Positions 1-8,629 of a DNA stretch of 23,574 nucleotides are shown here, piece by piece. A program made the position numbers and the translations under genes. This stretch comes from a virus: the IMG/VR virus record IMGVR_UViG_648276708_000003; one strand, written 5' to 3'. The notes beneath the pieces were generated by a model. It worked only from the letters and a program-made list of their open reading frames with translations, made no database searches and was not told the origin of the DNA. The stretch's first letter is position 1, and every line of letters begins with the position of its first letter.

Positions 1-2
1 GC

Positions 3-1142
3 GTCTTTGACCAGATTGACAAAGACCGCCGCAAATCACGGCGCATTGCGCGGCGTACGCTTAACCCGCTGACCCTGAAGAACAAGGCGCTGGACGACAT
101 CATTGCCCTGGGCAAAAAGAAGTCCGGCACGTTCTTCACGAAAGAGGATCTGAAAGGGTTCGAAGCAAATCGCGCCGGCGCCCGCCAGCAGTTCAATTCA
201 TCGCAGGCCGGTATCACGTATGCGCAACTGGTGGCCGGTAGTCAGCAGATCGATATTAAGCGCGCCAATAACCGGGTAGACGACGGATCCGGCATTAAGC
301 GCGCCACGCCCACCACGCTTAAACACAACGTCCTGACCGTCAGCGTGGAGGCGTCCGCCGCCTCGATCGATAAGCATCACCGCGTGAAATTCCGCTTTGA
401 AGAGTGGGATCAGCTGATGGAGGAAATAACCGATGCCAAAGACAGCGCAGCCAAAATTGCCAAGCGACTATGCGCTGGCCGCGTCTCTTTTGATTGCGAT
501 TGCGGCCGTCACCAGTACTGGTATCGCTACATCGCCACGGCGGGCAATTTCGCCCTTGCCCCGCCAAAAGAGTACGCCTACCCCAAAGAGAAAAACCCGA
601 ACCTGAAAGGCGTTGCCTGTAAGCACGTTATTCACGCTTTCACCCGCCTGCAATCCGCCTCATGGCAGGTGCGTATCGGCCAGGCACTGCATAAAAGCGC
701 CGGTAACAACGCCTATGGCGACGATCCGCGCAAAACCACTGAGCACTTCACTGACGCCGACAAAGCGAAGTTCAACCGCAACCGCAGTTCGCAGACGAAC
801 GTCGCCGCCGTCAAGCGAGAGCATGAGAAGTATCAGAAGCGCATGGGCGCGCTGGCGAAGCGGCTGGACAACGACGACGGGCGGATCGACAAACTGCGCG
901 GCCAGCTGACCCGTGCCAAAAAGCTGACCGCAGCGCAGCGCACCCGCGCCGCGAAGAAGCAGGCGGAGCTGGCGGGTGAAAAGGCAAAAAACGCCCTTCT
1001 GCGTCAGCAGCTGGCGGACCAGGCGAAGATCCAGCGCCAGACGTTCATTGATGCCCTGGTGCTGAGCGGCACGCCCCGCGCCGAGGCCGAAAAAATGTTT
1101 ATTGAATATGCAAAAAACCAGACAAGAGCAGGTAATCAGTAA
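3..1142 (+). CDS. P1 gp25-like morphogenesis protein with SWIM-type Zn finger (5'-truncated)
   Basis: The frame is open from base 3, so the GTG at 231 is internal. Motif FDCDC...ACKH, basic coiled-coil C-terminus, and TAATG overlap with the next gene. Position matches the P1 25-7-24-6-5 order. Confidence 0.7.
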   Translation, partial: VFDQIDKDRRKSRRIARRTLNPLTLKNKALDDIIALGKKKSGTFFTKEDLKGFEANRAGARQQFNSSQAGITYAQLVAGSQQIDIKRANNRVDDGSGIKRATPTTLKHNVLTVSVEASAASIDKHHRVKFRFEEWDQLMEEITDAKDSAAKIAKRLCAGRVSFDCDCGRHQYWYRYIATAGNFALAPPKEYAYPKEKNPNLKGVACKHVIHAFTRLQSASWQVRIGQALHKSAGNNAYGDDPRKTTEHFTDADKAKFNRNRSSQTNVAAVKREHEKYQKRMGALAKRLDNDDGRIDKLRGQLTRAKKLTAAQRTRAAKKQAELAGEKAKNALLRQQLADQAKIQRQTFIDALVLSGTPRAEAEKMFIEYAKNQTRAGNQ

Positions 1143-1927
1143 TGGGACGGTACGACGAATTTCTGGCCGACAATCCACCGACGATTAACGAGGCCACCAG
1201 CAGTGAAACTGAGCAACCCGCTACCGCCGTCGATACGCCGGATAGCAGCAACGCTGTTATCGATCTCGACGCCGCCACGCCGACCGCCGCCACGTCACCC
1301 GATGGTGATACCTCTGGCGGTACTGATGACGCTGACAGCGGCAGCAGTGAGGATTATGACCCGCTAAGCGCCCCGCTTCCGGATGCCCTTGCCGCACGCG
1401 AACAGAGCACGGCGCTGAAGCCACGCTACAAAGGCCATACCCCATTTAACAACATGGTCCGCCGTGACTGGATTAAAGCGATTGAGAGCGACTACAGCGC
1501 GTTTCAGGCGCTGCTGTATCTGCCGGACATGCGCGACGTCGGGGAAGTGGACGATGAAACCGGCTTTGAACAGCCGTCGTTTACCGAGCTCAACAACAAC
1601 CAGCGGAACCTGAGCTATGAAGACGCTGATCCGGTCATTGTCACGGTGCTGGATTGCCCGGACGAGCGCGAGAGTTTCCAGGTGCTCGATGCCGACGGCG
1701 AACAGGACGGATTAACCGACGACGTGCTGATCCTGCGCATCGCCGCCGAGGGCGTGCCGGTTGGCTCAATTCTTGAGTGGAATGAAGAGATGGCCAGCGG
1801 CACCCTGGCGCGCCGGTGGTGGTACGTTCACCGGATTTATGGCTTCGGCACGCAGAATGTCGGATCGCTTTACTACTGCATCCCTGCCCGCAATTTTGAC
1901 ACCACCAGCAATGGACGTATCGAATGA
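1142..1927 (+). CDS. P1 gp7-like head-tail connector/neck protein
   Basis: 261 aa with an acidic low-complexity N-terminus and a beta-rich C-terminal half. Coupled to both neighbours. Function assigned by synteny. Confidence 0.6.
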   Translation: MGRYDEFLADNPPTINEATSSETEQPATAVDTPDSSNAVIDLDAATPTAATSPDGDTSGGTDDADSGSSEDYDPLSAPLPDALAAREQSTALKPRYKGHTPFNNMVRRDWIKAIESDYSAFQALLYLPDMRDVGEVDDETGFEQPSFTELNNNQRNLSYEDADPVIVTVLDCPDERESFQVLDADGEQDGLTDDVLILRIAAEGVPVGSILEWNEEMASGTLARRWWYVHRIYGFGTQNVGSLYYCIPARNFDTTSNGRIE

Positions 1928-2694
1928 ATCAGCTGCTTTCCCGTACCCGTGAATGGGTGACTACACGCACCGGCAAAGTGGAGAGTACCGGCTTCACCGC
2001 CGCTGATGCCGCCGTAGCGAAGGCGCTGAATGACGTGTTTAGCAGCGCCGTAATGACCGCCCCGCGCCAGCATGAGCTGCGCTATAGCGCCTTCCTGGCG
2101 CGGAAGCCGGAAGACCGTGTATTCGTCGGCAAGTTTGATGACGTCATGGATTTTCTGCGCGCCGTACGCCAGGCGGGCGCCGGACGCCGCAGCATGAAGG
2201 CGTCGGACATGCCGGACCTGAACCGCGACGCCCTGCCGCTGATCAACCTGTCTCGCGGGTTTGATATCACCTATGACAACAACGACCAGGAGATTGATCG
2301 CAACCTGGGCCTGATTACCGACCCGTCACAGGGCAATATGCCACTTGCAGAGGTTATAGCGACACAGGCCTCACTCAATTACTCAATCACGCTGATTGCC
2401 AGTGACAAAGATACGCTGTCGCTGATGTGCAACACACTGGCCGCTAACTTCCGCTCCCGGCTCACCACTAACTTCACGGCGCAGGAAAAGCTGGTCAACT
2501 GGCCCGTTGAGATCAACTGCAGCATTCAGGACGCCAAAACCATCATGTTCAGCGATATGTCGCCGCCGTTCACCCAGGATCGGATTTACGCCTGCCAGGC
2601 GTCGCTGATTGTCATGGTGGATGTGCTGACCGCGCATGAAGTTGATGCCCGGAGCGTACGGTATGACACCCAGCTGGCACCAGGGGGTAACTGA
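1924..2694 (+). CDS. P1 gp24-like tail terminator/completion protein
   Basis: 256 aa, ATGA overlap. DALPLINLSR and LNYSITLIA segments resemble tail-completion proteins. Synteny supports the call. Confidence 0.6.
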   Translation: MNQLLSRTREWVTTRTGKVESTGFTAADAAVAKALNDVFSSAVMTAPRQHELRYSAFLARKPEDRVFVGKFDDVMDFLRAVRQAGAGRRSMKASDMPDLNRDALPLINLSRGFDITYDNNDQEIDRNLGLITDPSQGNMPLAEVIATQASLNYSITLIASDKDTLSLMCNTLAANFRSRLTTNFTAQEKLVNWPVEINCSIQDAKTIMFSDMSPPFTQDRIYACQASLIVMVDVLTAHEVDARSVRYDTQLAPGGN

Positions 2695-3683
2695 TGGCTG
2701 ATCAGCAAAACAAGCCCATGCAGTACTTCCTGCAATCGGTCCTGCTTAATGGCGTGGAAATGCCGCGCAGCTGGATAACGTCTGTGATTTACATCGAGAA
2801 GACGTCGCTGACTTCGCCGCTGCTGGTGCTGGAGACGCACGACCCAGCCGGAAAGCTGGTGGACGAAATGGGCGCCCGGTATGGCGCTGAGCTGGTGGCA
2901 GAGCTGGGCGACCCGACCGGGCAGCGCGGCGCGTATACAGAGACGTTTTTCGTTACGTCCGCGCCCGCCAGCGGTGACGTGGTGCGGATCATCGCCGTGT
3001 CAGCGGATCTCAAGCGTCTCAAAACCCCATCCGCCCGCGTGCGGCTGTATGCCGACCGCCAGCCAGGTGACGTCATGGCCGAGTTCGCGGGCAAAATGAC
3101 GATTGAGGCTGACGCCTTCCGCAAAGCGATGACCTATCACCTCAATATGGGCGAGAAGCCGTCCGGCGTGCTGCGCCAGATAGCGGAAGATCACGGCGCG
3201 CTGGTGTGGTGCGCCCGCGGGAAATTCTGCATGAAGGACATGGCAAAGCTGATCGGCACAAAAGCGGCATTTGTCTATGAGGCCAATAATCCGCAGGCCG
3301 AATACACGATTAGCAAGCTGAGCAACATCAACCAGGATGCCGCCGCCACCAGCAGCCGGGACTATCAGTATGTCGGCTACTCCATGACAGAGGGCTACGT
3401 GGCCGTGGGCGATAAGACGAAGCCGGTCAAATACATTTCTGACGCCGATGTGGCAACGCTGACCAACATGGCACGGGTGATCGTCCCTAAGCTGGATATT
3501 GAGGTCAGCGGCAACGCAGACGTCACCGCTGGCATGATTATCGGCGTGCAGATCCATCGCTATGACGCGGAAAACCAGGTAGACGAAACGTTACCGAAAA
3601 ACTTTATCGCCGTTGCGGTCATTCACCATGAGGATCGGATTGGCTACACCACGCGCATGATTTTAGGAGTACCCAATCAGTGA
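2694..3683 (+). CDS. Baseplate hub protein (P1 gp6-like, gpD/gp27 superfamily)
   Basis: 329 aa, TGATG overlap, directly upstream of the spike gene. C-terminal 'IEVSGNADVTAG...IAVAVIHH' pattern is typical of hub proteins. Confidence 0.7.
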   Translation: MADQQNKPMQYFLQSVLLNGVEMPRSWITSVIYIEKTSLTSPLLVLETHDPAGKLVDEMGARYGAELVAELGDPTGQRGAYTETFFVTSAPASGDVVRIIAVSADLKRLKTPSARVRLYADRQPGDVMAEFAGKMTIEADAFRKAMTYHLNMGEKPSGVLRQIAEDHGALVWCARGKFCMKDMAKLIGTKAAFVYEANNPQAEYTISKLSNINQDAAATSSRDYQYVGYSMTEGYVAVGDKTKPVKYISDADVATLTNMARVIVPKLDIEVSGNADVTAGMIIGVQIHRYDAENQVDETLPKNFIAVAVIHHEDRIGYTTRMILGVPNQ

Positions 3684-4288
3684 GTAAGCAGCGCGCCATA
3701 ATCACGGCCACAAAAGACCCGCAGGGACACATGCGGGCGCAGATCCGCCTCACTCCGCAGTGGGCGGACGTGGATGCAGATACCCTGCCCTGGGCGGAAT
3801 ATCAGCTTCCGATCGGCAACACGTTTGTACCCTGCATCGTGGGCGATCAGGTATGGGTGGAGTTTCCCTACAAGGACGGCAGCGGAAAGCCGGATACCCG
3901 GCGCCCGCTGATCACCGGCGCGGCGCAATCTGCACCGGGCGGCGTGCCAAGTGTCGCGCCTGAAGCCTCCGGACAGGGAGGCGGGTATGAGCCACCCGCT
4001 GTGGACGGTGCGCCAGCGCGCCCCTCCCTGAATCCGACCACAGATTTTGTGTCGCACCGCAACAACCTGCTTGAGATCCGGTCTGCTGGTGGCGGGTATG
4101 AAATTGCAAATACTGCCAGCGGTTCGCGTGTCGGGATGAACGAAGGCGGGGATATTTACCTGCTGGGGCCGGGGAACCTAGTGATCGACGTCGGCGGCAA
4201 CCTGACTATCAAGGCTGGCGGGAAAATCGTGTTCCAGTCTGACGGACAATTCAGCGCAACCGCGCCTCAATTCGAGTTCAGTCAGTAA
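3680..4288 (+). CDS. Baseplate central spike (gp5/gpV family, OB-fold plus short beta-helix)
   Basis: LPWAE...P.VGDQVWVEF...D.RRP.I.G is the gp5/gpV OB-fold signature. Gly-rich beta-repeat C-terminus. GTGA overlap. Confidence 0.88.
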   Translation: MSKQRAIITATKDPQGHMRAQIRLTPQWADVDADTLPWAEYQLPIGNTFVPCIVGDQVWVEFPYKDGSGKPDTRRPLITGAAQSAPGGVPSVAPEASGQGGGYEPPAVDGAPARPSLNPTTDFVSHRNNLLEIRSAGGGYEIANTASGSRVGMNEGGDIYLLGPGNLVIDVGGNLTIKAGGKIVFQSDGQFSATAPQFEFSQ

Positions 4289-4301
4289 GGGTTATCTTAA
4301 A

Positions 4302-4319
4302 TCTAAAATATTATTTAGA
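4302..4319. promoter_or_regulatory. Inverted repeat TCTAAA-N6-TTTAGA in the AT-rich promoter region of the rdgC operon (candidate operator)
   Basis: Sequence tctaaa atatta tttaga in a very AT-rich 64-bp intergenic gap. Confidence 0.35.
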
Positions 4320-4352
4320 ATGTATTAACGATATAAGTTGAGACATTCCTGA

Positions 4353-5261
4353 ATGAAATCACCCTTCTTTAAAAACGTCATGGCCTACAGCCTGAACCGG
4401 GATATTCCGCTCGATGCGGATCAGCTGGAGCAGCAATTGCAGGCGATGACGTTTTCCCCCTGTGCTGCGCAGGACATGGCTAAATCAGGCTGGATCAATG
4501 TCACGTCAGACGGCCTTCTGCTGGCCGAGAACGGTCAGTACCTGCTGTGCTGCCAGCATGAAACCAAGATTATGCCAGTGGCAACGCTCAACGATTACGT
4601 CGCCGAGAAAGTGGAGACAATTGAGCGTGAACAGGCGCGTAAGGTGCGCCGCAGTGAAAGAGTCAGCCTGAGAGACGAGGCGCTGTGTGTGCTTCTGCCG
4701 CGTGCTTTCTCACGTCGCTCTGAGTCCTACATCTGGATCGATAGCGTGAACAGCCGTATCTACGTTGACGCGGCCAGCGCTAAATCTGCTGAAGATATGC
4801 TGGCGCTGCTGCGCAAAACTATCGGCTCCCTGCCGGTTATTCCGATGATGACTGCTGATCCCATTGAGCTGACGCTGACTGAATGGCTGCGCGACGCAGA
4901 ACTGCCCGCCGGTTTTGCGCTGGGCGATGAGGCCGAACTGGCGGCAATACTTGAAGACGGCGGCAAAATCCGCTGCAAAAAACAGGACTTACTGAGCGAC
5001 GAGGTGCGCACGCATATCGAGGCCGGAAAACTGGTCACGCAGCTTAGCCTGGACTGGCAGGAGCGCATTTTCTGCCGCGTCTCCGATGACCTGAGCATTA
5101 AGGGCATTAAGTACGCTGACATGCTCACCCAGCAGAATGATGATATCGACCGCGAGGATCAGCGCGCGCGCATGCTGGCCGATTTCATGCTTTTTACGTC
5201 CGAGTTTTCCGGCTTCTTTTCCGCGCTGGTGGATGCGCTGGGCGGCGAGGCAAAGCGATGA
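4353..5261 (+). CDS. rdgC: Recombination-associated protein RdgC (P1 hrdC-like)
   Basis: 302 aa with RdgC hallmarks FFKN..Y, F.PC...D....GW, LLPRAFSR, LLRKTIGSLPV.P, HIEAGKLVT.L.L.W and ADF.L...E...LGGE. Confidence 0.95.
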   Translation: MKSPFFKNVMAYSLNRDIPLDADQLEQQLQAMTFSPCAAQDMAKSGWINVTSDGLLLAENGQYLLCCQHETKIMPVATLNDYVAEKVETIEREQARKVRRSERVSLRDEALCVLLPRAFSRRSESYIWIDSVNSRIYVDAASAKSAEDMLALLRKTIGSLPVIPMMTADPIELTLTEWLRDAELPAGFALGDEAELAAILEDGGKIRCKKQDLLSDEVRTHIEAGKLVTQLSLDWQERIFCRVSDDLSIKGIKYADMLTQQNDDIDREDQRARMLADFMLFTSEFSGFFSALVDALGGEAKR

Positions 5262-6085
5262 CTGCTGACGCTGTGGCGCATTATCACGGCACACCGATTT
5301 GGGGCTGTGCTGGTGAGATCCATCAATTGGCTGTAGCTGGTGCTGGAGCGTTTGTCTCATTCGCACGGATGGACCAGCTGAAGGCCAGTTTTGAGCATGC
5401 TGACTCAATCAGCTTTGATAACGGCGCGTTTTCGGCATGGAAAAGTGGCCTGAATATCCAGTGGAATACGTTTTATCGCCGTGTAGAAACATTCTACGCC
5501 AATCCCAAGCTGAAGTTTTTCGTTATTCCTGACGTGATTGAAGGTGGTGAGGCGGATAACGATCAGCTGATTGCTGAAATGCCGCCGCATCTGCGCGATA
5601 AAGCGGTTCCAGTCTGGCACCTGCATGAAAGCATAGAACGGCTGGTGGAGCTCTGTAACGAGTGGCCTCGCGTCTGTTTCGGATCCTCCGGGCAGTACGC
5701 TGTAATCCGCACAAAGCTATGGCATGCGCGGATGAAAGAAGCGTTTGAGGCAATCTACGTTAAGCGCCAGTTTTCAACCAAGATTCACGGCCTGCGCATG
5801 CTGGATGGGCGCGTGCTGGGTAACTATCCGCTTCATACAGCGGACAGCACCAATCTGGCCTGTAACATTCCTAAGACGCGGGAGAAATACCCTGATATCA
5901 CCACGTCCATCGAGACGGCTGACTACTGTCGTGGCCTATCTGAGCAGGATACTAAGCGCCTGGTACTGATAGGCCGTTGTTCCATTCTCAAAGCAGCGAT
6001 TGAAAAGGTTACTCCGCCGTCTATCGACGAGTGGATCAACACCCATTTTTCCAGCGAATACACAGAAGCCGAGGCATTTGCATGA
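5258..6085 (+). CDS. TGT/DpdA-like TIM-barrel protein (putative base-exchange transglycosylase)
   Basis: Ordered motifs FDNGAFSAW, PDVI.G, PVWH, CFGSSG, KIHGLRM and TADSTN parallel the TGT-superfamily DSG(G/A)F ... H.(L/F)G ... (S/F)xDS core. ATGA overlaps on both ends. Confidence 0.6.
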   Translation: MTADAVAHYHGTPIWGCAGEIHQLAVAGAGAFVSFARMDQLKASFEHADSISFDNGAFSAWKSGLNIQWNTFYRRVETFYANPKLKFFVIPDVIEGGEADNDQLIAEMPPHLRDKAVPVWHLHESIERLVELCNEWPRVCFGSSGQYAVIRTKLWHARMKEAFEAIYVKRQFSTKIHGLRMLDGRVLGNYPLHTADSTNLACNIPKTREKYPDITTSIETADYCRGLSEQDTKRLVLIGRCSILKAAIEKVTPPSIDEWINTHFSSEYTEAEAFA

Positions 6086-8508
6086 TTACTTACGGCTCCG
6101 TTTGCTCCGGCATTGAAGCGGCCAGCGTGGCGTGGGAAGGGCTGGGATGGAAAGCGGCATGGTTCGCGGAGATTGAAAAGTTCCCCGCGGCCGTGCTGGC
6201 GCACCGCTTTCCGGCTGTCCCTAACCTGGGCGATATGACCACAATTGCCGCTGGCGTCCGCGCTGGCTCTATCCCTGCCCCAGCTGTGATGGTTGGCGGC
6301 ACCCCGTGCCAGGCGTTCTCTATCGCCGGACTCCGTAAAAGCCTCGACGACCCACGCGGTCAACTCACCCTTGCCTATGTAGATTTAGCGAATGCCATTG
6401 ACGAAAAAAGAGTATCAACCGGCGAACAACCAGCCGTCCACCTGTGGGAAAACGTGCCGGGAAGCCTCAGCACCGATGACAACGCCTTTGGATACTTCCT
6501 TGCCGGAATGGCTGGCGAAGATGAAGCGTTTGAACCAGGCCCAAGACCTGAGCACGGGAAAAACGGCCCCGGCTGGCGATGGAAAAAAAGCGACGGCAAG
6601 CATGTGGCGAAGTGGCCAAAGTCTGGTTGTGTTATTGGACGACAGCGCAAACTCGCCTGGCGACTGCTCGATGCCCAATACTTCGGAGTGGCCCAACGCC
6701 GCCGCCGTGTGTTCGTTGTCGCAAGTGCTCGAAACGACGTTGATCCCGCAGAAATACTTCTTGAGTTCGACGGCGTGCGCCGGGATTCTCCGCCGCGCAG
6801 AGAAACGGGGCAGGCAGTTGCCCCACTTACTGCTAACGGCTCTGGAGTCGGTGGCCCGGACTTCTCCCACGCTGCAGCCGGTCACTTAATTTCTGCGTTT
6901 GGCGGCGGCAACTGCTCAGGATCGCTTAGCGTGGCCGCGTGCCTGACGGCCAAAGGCCAGCGAAACGATTTTGACGTCGAGACATTTGCCGTGCAAAGCG
7001 CCACGGGCGAGGTTAGCCACACTTTGACGGCAGAAGGTCACGACGCCTCCGAAGATGGCACCGGGCGAGGCACGCCGACCGTTGCTTATGGCTTCCAGAC
7101 ACGCATAGCGCGTAACGGCCGCGGCGACATGGCGGACGTTTGCCACGCGCTTAGCGCTGAATCCGGGGAAACGGGCAAAGGTGACGCTGCACCGTGTGTT
7201 GCCAGGTGTGTTGAGCATGCTGCTTTTGCTGAAAATACCCGTGGGGAGATCCGGTTGTTCAATGGCGACGGGCAGATCACCGGCGCGCTGTCAGCTGGTG
7301 GCGGGAAACCCGGCCAGGGATACCCCTCTGTCGTCAGCCAGTGCGAAGTCCGGCGCCTGACGCCTAAAGAATGTGAGCGCCTGCAGGGCTTCCCTGACGG
7401 CTGGACCCTGATCCCGGAAAAGAAGCGCAACGTTCTTGCCGCTGATGAACTGGCCTATCTCCGCCTGATGCACCCCGACATGCCGGAGGAAGAGGCGCAC
7501 CGGCTGGCGGCTGATGGTCCTCGCTACAAAGCGATCGGGAACTCCATGCCCGTGCCGGTTATGCGCTGGATTGGGGATCGGATTGCTAATCAGATCATGC
7601 TGGTGGCGGGTGAAATCGAGCCTCAGCCAGCAGCCCTCCCCGCTTCGCCAGCGGCAAAGAAAAAGCGTGCGCCGGCGCGCAGGATTGCGGACGACAAATA
7701 CCCCCGCTCATTCCTGAAGTGGGCGGGTGGCAAACACTCTGTACTGGATGAAATCAGGGCGATGCTTTCTACCGGCGATCGTCTCATTGAGCCATTCGTC
7801 GGCAGCGGCACGGTCTTTATCAACGCAGGCTTTAAGCGCAACCTGTTGGGCGATGTTAACCCGGATCTGATTAACCTCTTCAACCAGCTGCAGGGCAATC
7901 CTGATGCCGTAATTAAGGCGGCTTACCAGCTGGAGCGAGGCTGTCTGTCTAATGAGGCGTATCTCGCTATCCGTGATGAGTTCAACGGGCGCAAGGCTCA
8001 CGCTGTACGCCACGCAGCGCTTTTCCTGGCGCTAATGCGAACCAGCTTTAACGGGCTATGCCGGTATAACCAGAAAGGCCTGTTTAATGTGGGCTGGAAT
8101 AAGAAGGGTGAGGCGAATTACTTCCCTATGGATGAACTGACGCACTTCACCGGCATGCAGAAAGAAATGACGTTCATGTGTGCCGGGTTTGAGGATGTGA
8201 TCGCGCAGGCGGGTCAAGGAGACGTGATTTTCTGTGACCCCCCGTATGAGCCTCTGCCGGACGAAGCCGGGTTTACAGCATACAGTGGCACCTCATTCAC
8301 CTTTGCGGATCAGGTGCGGCTGGTGGAGTGTCTGGTGGCGGCGCGGGACCGTGGCGCAAAGGTGGTAATCACAAACAGCAGCGCTCCTGCCATTCTGTAC
8401 CTGTATATCAACAATGGCTTCAGAATCACCCCGCTGGCCACACGCCGATCCGTATCCTGCAAAAGTGAAACGCGCAAAACGGTCAACGATATAATTGCCG
8501 CTCTCTGA
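6082..8508 (+). CDS. dmt: Bifunctional DNA methyltransferase: N-terminal C5-cytosine MTase fused to C-terminal Dam-family N6-adenine MTase (P1 Dmt-like)
   Basis: C5 motifs SVCSGIEA, GGTPCQAFS, WENVPG, QRRRRVF, RRLTP.ECERLQGFPD and YKAIGNS. Dam motifs LKWAGGK, EPFVGSG, FNGLCRYN and DPPY. Start moved to the ATG at 6082 (GAGG RBS, ATGA overlap), giving 808 aa. Confidence 0.93.
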   Translation: MITYGSVCSGIEAASVAWEGLGWKAAWFAEIEKFPAAVLAHRFPAVPNLGDMTTIAAGVRAGSIPAPAVMVGGTPCQAFSIAGLRKSLDDPRGQLTLAYVDLANAIDEKRVSTGEQPAVHLWENVPGSLSTDDNAFGYFLAGMAGEDEAFEPGPRPEHGKNGPGWRWKKSDGKHVAKWPKSGCVIGRQRKLAWRLLDAQYFGVAQRRRRVFVVASARNDVDPAEILLEFDGVRRDSPPRRETGQAVAPLTANGSGVGGPDFSHAAAGHLISAFGGGNCSGSLSVAACLTAKGQRNDFDVETFAVQSATGEVSHTLTAEGHDASEDGTGRGTPTVAYGFQTRIARNGRGDMADVCHALSAESGETGKGDAAPCVARCVEHAAFAENTRGEIRLFNGDGQITGALSAGGGKPGQGYPSVVSQCEVRRLTPKECERLQGFPDGWTLIPEKKRNVLAADELAYLRLMHPDMPEEEAHRLAADGPRYKAIGNSMPVPVMRWIGDRIANQIMLVAGEIEPQPAALPASPAAKKKRAPARRIADDKYPRSFLKWAGGKHSVLDEIRAMLSTGDRLIEPFVGSGTVFINAGFKRNLLGDVNPDLINLFNQLQGNPDAVIKAAYQLERGCLSNEAYLAIRDEFNGRKAHAVRHAALFLALMRTSFNGLCRYNQKGLFNVGWNKKGEANYFPMDELTHFTGMQKEMTFMCAGFEDVIAQAGQGDVIFCDPPYEPLPDEAGFTAYSGTSFTFADQVRLVECLVAARDRGAKVVITNSSAPAILYLYINNGFRITPLATRRSVSCKSETRKTVNDIIAAL
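6392..6889 (+). CDS. Overlapping +1-frame ORF inside the C5-MTase domain, resembling the alternative-frame beta polypeptide of M.EcoHK31I
   Basis: 165-codon open frame containing NTSEWPN...CSLSQVLET...KYFLS...GILRRAEKRGRQLP. Start codon is uncertain. Confidence 0.5.
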   Translation: MPLTKKEYQPANNQPSTCGKTCREASAPMTTPLDTSLPEWLAKMKRLNQAQDLSTGKTAPAGDGKKATASMWRSGQSLVVLLDDSANSPGDCSMPNTSEWPNAAAVCSLSQVLETTLIPQKYFLSSTACAGILRRAEKRGRQLPHLLLTALESVARTSPTLQPVT

Positions 8509-8516
8509 AACGAACG

Positions 8517-8542
8517 AAACCCGCTTTATGCGGGTTTTTTTT
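8517..8542 (+). terminator. Rho-independent terminator after dmt
   Basis: AAACCCGC-tttat-GCGGGTTT followed by a T run. Confidence 0.88.
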
Positions 8543-8629
8543 CTTTACTGGACTATCAGCAATGTACGTATTTTTGATGCCAACTTTTAATAGAGCACCA
8601 CTGATGACCAATGGAACGGTCTGCTACTG

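Noticed and set aside
8583-8599. Minus-strand GGTGCTCTATTAAAAGT resembling the P1 C1 operator ATTGCTCTAATAAATTT
   Set aside because: Only 12 of 17 positions match, it is a single copy in AT-rich DNA, and none was seen at the rdgC promoter where one would be expected.
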